This document shows, one piece after another, positions 63,968 through 64,000 of a stretch of DNA of 64,000 nt. Position 1 is the first letter of the stretch. The number at the start of each line of letters is the position of its first letter. A program made the position numbers and the translations under genes. The DNA is from Clostridia bacterium (GTDB lineage Bacteria; Bacillota; Clostridia; Christensenellales; CAG-138): positions 9,836-73,835 of the forward strand of contig JAFWJN010000050.1 of assembly GCA_017514685.1 (NCBI GenBank), read 5' to 3'. The notes under the pieces are model-generated. The model searched no databases. It was not told where the DNA came from and saw only the letters and a list, made by a program, of their open reading frames with translations.

Positions 63968-64000
63968 ATGAAAAAGTTTTTTGTAATTCTTCTTGCAGCG
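63968..64000 (+). CDS. 5' end of a gene encoding a probable secreted or membrane protein (truncated by the window end)
   Basis: MKKFFVILLAA is a signal-peptide-like start. Only 11 codons are visible. Confidence 0.4.
   Translation, partial: MKKFFVILLAA

Overview
The window looks like a Firmicutes/Clostridia chromosome, possibly Oscillospiraceae/Ruminococcaceae-like. That placement is an inference from gene content: dockerin module, SpoIID, CdaA-CdaR, tig-clpP-clpX, a four-subunit 2-oxoacid:ferredoxin oxidoreductase and a clostridial-style Moco operon. All calls come from reading the translated ORFs and the DNA by eye; no database search was run.

The window is mostly densely packed core housekeeping genes:
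- OFOR operon, mreC-mreD-PBP2 and desulfoferrodoxin.
- moaA-moaC-(MoeA-like)-mogA and dCMP deaminase.
- An orphan ACP with an aminotransferase, then pepT and tig-clpP-clpX.
- dagK, trxB-nth-obg-yhbY and cdaA-cdaR.
- A type IIA topoisomerase B/A pair.
- A dcw cluster: rsmH-ftsL-PBP-murE-mraY-murD-ftsW-ftsQ.
- An engB operon, mreB, a WYL regulator, a large PG-binding NlpC/P60 hydrolase and alanine racemase.

The only clearly accessory segment is an AT-rich stretch of about 4.3 kb (about 51.95-56.3 kb) placed right after ftsQ. It carries a BspA-type LRR lipoprotein and several orphan small proteins, and shows no mobility genes.

The observations most worth a second look:
1. The dcw-encoded class B PBP has lost the SxxK and SxN catalytic motifs (TTFG / NCK). 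The PBP2 next to mreCD keeps both.
2. Four same-orientation DnaA boxes, one perfect and three with one mismatch, lie within 71 bp between two convergent gene ends.
3. The AT-rich island and its possible orphan immunity-type cargo.
4. A SpoIID/LytB-domain protein is fused to a type I dockerin through a long PEPSET linker.
5. An mreB - WYL regulator - membrane-anchored NlpC/P60 arrangement, where the hydrolase has a W/K-rich 11-residue-periodic cytoplasmic N-terminus.

No rRNA, tRNA, CRISPR array, transposase or integrase was seen.
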